Positions 62,131 through 64,000 of a stretch of 64,000 nucleotides of DNA are shown here, piece after piece. The position numbers and the translations under genes are program-made. The notes beneath the pieces are model-generated. The model was given only the letters and a program-made list of their open reading frames with translations, had not been told where the DNA came from and did not search any database. How positions within the stretch are numbered: position 1 is the first letter of the stretch; each line of letters begins with the position of its first letter. The DNA comes from Eimeria praecox (lineage: Eukaryota). Where the stretch lies: NCBI GenBank assembly GCA_963920595.1, contig OY986946.1, positions 4,092,001 to 4,156,000 on the forward strand, in the 5' to 3' direction.

Positions 62131-64000
62131 TCAGTGGCTGCACCTTTCAAGCAGCACCGCCCAGTTGTTTGTGTCGTTGTAACAGTCGAGCACCTTCACT
62201 CGTTTCTCTTTGGCGCATAGCTCCAGCAGGTCCTCTCGACTGAACACTCTGTAGTACCGATAGAATGTCTCCTCCCTCTCAGAAGAGGTTGACGCCGGCG
62301 GCCCGGGGGCAGCCGCAGAACCCCCAGCACCAGGCCCAGCTGCAGCGCTGCCGACGGTCTTCTGGACCTCACGAGCCCGTTCATAGTGCTTCTGGTACAC
62401 CCAAGGCACCAATACTGCAACAGCAGTGGCAACAGCAACAGGGCAAAGCATGAATCATTGCACTGATGTCCATGCACAGCAATTGCACGCAGCAGCGGCG
62501 AGAACAAAACTAACGCCAGCAACAGTGGAAACACAACAACGGCAGCTGCAGCCCCCGCAGTAGTCTCTTACCGTCTTGGCTAGGGAATTTGCGCTCTCCG
62601 ACGCTGCCCGCCTCGTGTTCCAGGGCCCTGAAGGTCCGAAGCCACATGAAAGAGCCTACTGTGCCTTCAGCACCCGCAGAGGTGGCTATAAGCAAAGCAA
62701 TTGCGTTCAGGATAGAGGATTCGAGATCCAATTAACGTTACTGTTAGAGTAGGCGGGTGGTGCTAGGGTGGGACTCTACGGCTTATGCTTAGAGTTTCCT
62801 TCACCAGACGTATATCAGGATGCGGCCGCCAGGGCGCGTTATGCGCGCCAGCTCCCCCAAGGCTTGCTGCCTGTGCACATGCCCACAATGCAAACGGTGG
62901 TAATGCCTGCTACTGCGACGGTACTTCTGGTTATACCTGCTGCTGCAGTGACACCGCAACCAACACCTGGTGCTGCAGCGAAGGCTCCAGTGGTATGAGC
63001 AGCCAGTACAGTAACAACAACAGCGGCCATAACAGGTGCTGCAGTAACGCAGCAATGCAGCTTGCAGCAACGCCAAGCGCCGCGCAGCAGTCCCCGCTGC
63101 CCCCAAATCAATAAGTTGTCCGTAGCTGAAGCAACGCCGTGCACGCTAGCAGCAGCAAACCAAGGAGCAATAGCGGCAGTAGCTCCAGCAGCAGCAAAAT
63201 ATCTCACCTCCTCGCTTCAGTGGTCAAGTGGTGGAGAACAGCAATGCAAATGACGCCGTCAGCGACTTCTGAGGGTTTATGCGCACATAGAATAAAGGTC
63301 CCACAGGCCTAGCGCGCGCTGCAAACCCTGATCTCTAGACCCTAACCCCTAAACCTTTAGCATGAGGCCCTTACCGTCTCTTATGCAGGTGTGAAGGCAG
63401 TCCGCCTGTAGTAGCCGTGGTCCCAAGGCGCCCTGCGGGTGCTCTAAGGCGCAGTCTAGCAGTTCTGGGGACCTGTCAAGGCCAATGGATAAGCAGCTGT
63501 AGGGACTGGAACTGTTGGTACCGCTGCTGGTGCTGCTTGTGCAATCTGGTCTGCAGTGGAGGTATTTGCCGTTGCCACATCCTACGTCCACCAAGAGGGC
63601 GTCGTAGGGCAGAGACTCGATGAAGGCAGCGACGCGGGGCCAAGGGCGGTTCCTGTGCATGCACGTCAATGGCATTTACCCACCGATTCACCTCTCAAAT
63701 CATATTCATCTTCGCCATTTCTTTGCTCATGTTCATTTGGTCGATATGCATTGAATGGAAGGTACGCACAAGGACAATGCGGAAGCCGACGGCATCACGC
63801 AAAACGCCTGTCTGAGTATGGGCTTGTCTACCGTTTACCGGTTAGCGTTTAGGGTTTAGGGTTGGGGATTTAGGCTTCTAGGGTCACCACTTGTGGATTA
63901 TTTGGCGTGAGGTTTCAGACTTTTCGCTTAGGGTATAGGGTTCAGGGCTTCGGACCTTGTGTGGCTGAAGTGGGGTGCGATTTTTGCGTAGATGGAGTCA
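62131..64000 (-). CDS. Trm9/ALKBH8/TRMT9B-like tRNA wobble-uridine methyltransferase; 5' exon(s) probably beyond the window end
   Basis: Phase-consistent exons: RPWPRVAAFIESLPYDALLVDVGCGNGKYL, IGLDRSPELL, VICIAVLHHLTTEARR|QQALGELARITRPGGRILIYVW|ALEHE...FPSQD|VLVPW, FYRYYRVFSREDLLEL...YNDTNNWAVLLERCSH*. Confidence 0.9.
63841..63950 (+). repeat. Degenerate telomere-like AGGGTTT repeats
   Basis: GTTTAGGGTTTAGGGTTGGGGATTTAGG ... TTAGGGTATAGGGTTCAGGG. Confidence 0.7.

Noticed and set aside
63841..63950. Possible chromosome end
   Set aside because: The repeats are short, degenerate and lie within an apparent intron, like the other interstitial heptamer runs.
62131..64000. Functional link between the Trm9-like gene and the tRNA array
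   Set aside because: Trm9/ALKBH8 modifies U34 tRNAs, whereas tRNA-Asn has G34 and tRNA-Ala has A34. Proximity (about 9 kb) is likely coincidental.

Overview
Eukaryotic, intron-rich genomic DNA with the hallmarks of a coccidian apicomplexan, most likely Eimeriidae: dense CAG repeats encoding poly-A/Q/S, TGCATGCA motifs and intronic telomere-like AGGGTTT heptamers. The lineage is inferred from composition only. Supported protein genes: a FERRY3/C12orf4-like protein, a SAM methyltransferase with ankyrin repeats, an AGFG-like ArfGAP-fold/NPF protein, a large DENN-domain protein, a large uncharacterised multi-exon gene, an RRM+SPOC protein and a partial Trm9/ALKBH8-like methyltransferase. There is also a single tRNA-Ala(AGC). 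The standout locus (39.0-52.8 kb) is a head-to-tail array of 21 tRNA-Asn(GTT) genes in 414-687 bp units that vary by a 135-bp sub-repeat. It is interrupted by a decayed, internally deleted Ty3/gypsy-type LTR retrotransposon whose 3' LTR ends 16 bp upstream of a tRNA gene, and a matching LTR-end-like motif lies 15 bp upstream of the first copy. This suggests tRNA-gene-targeted retrotransposition into an array that is still being homogenised. Gene models and family calls were made by eye, without database searches.
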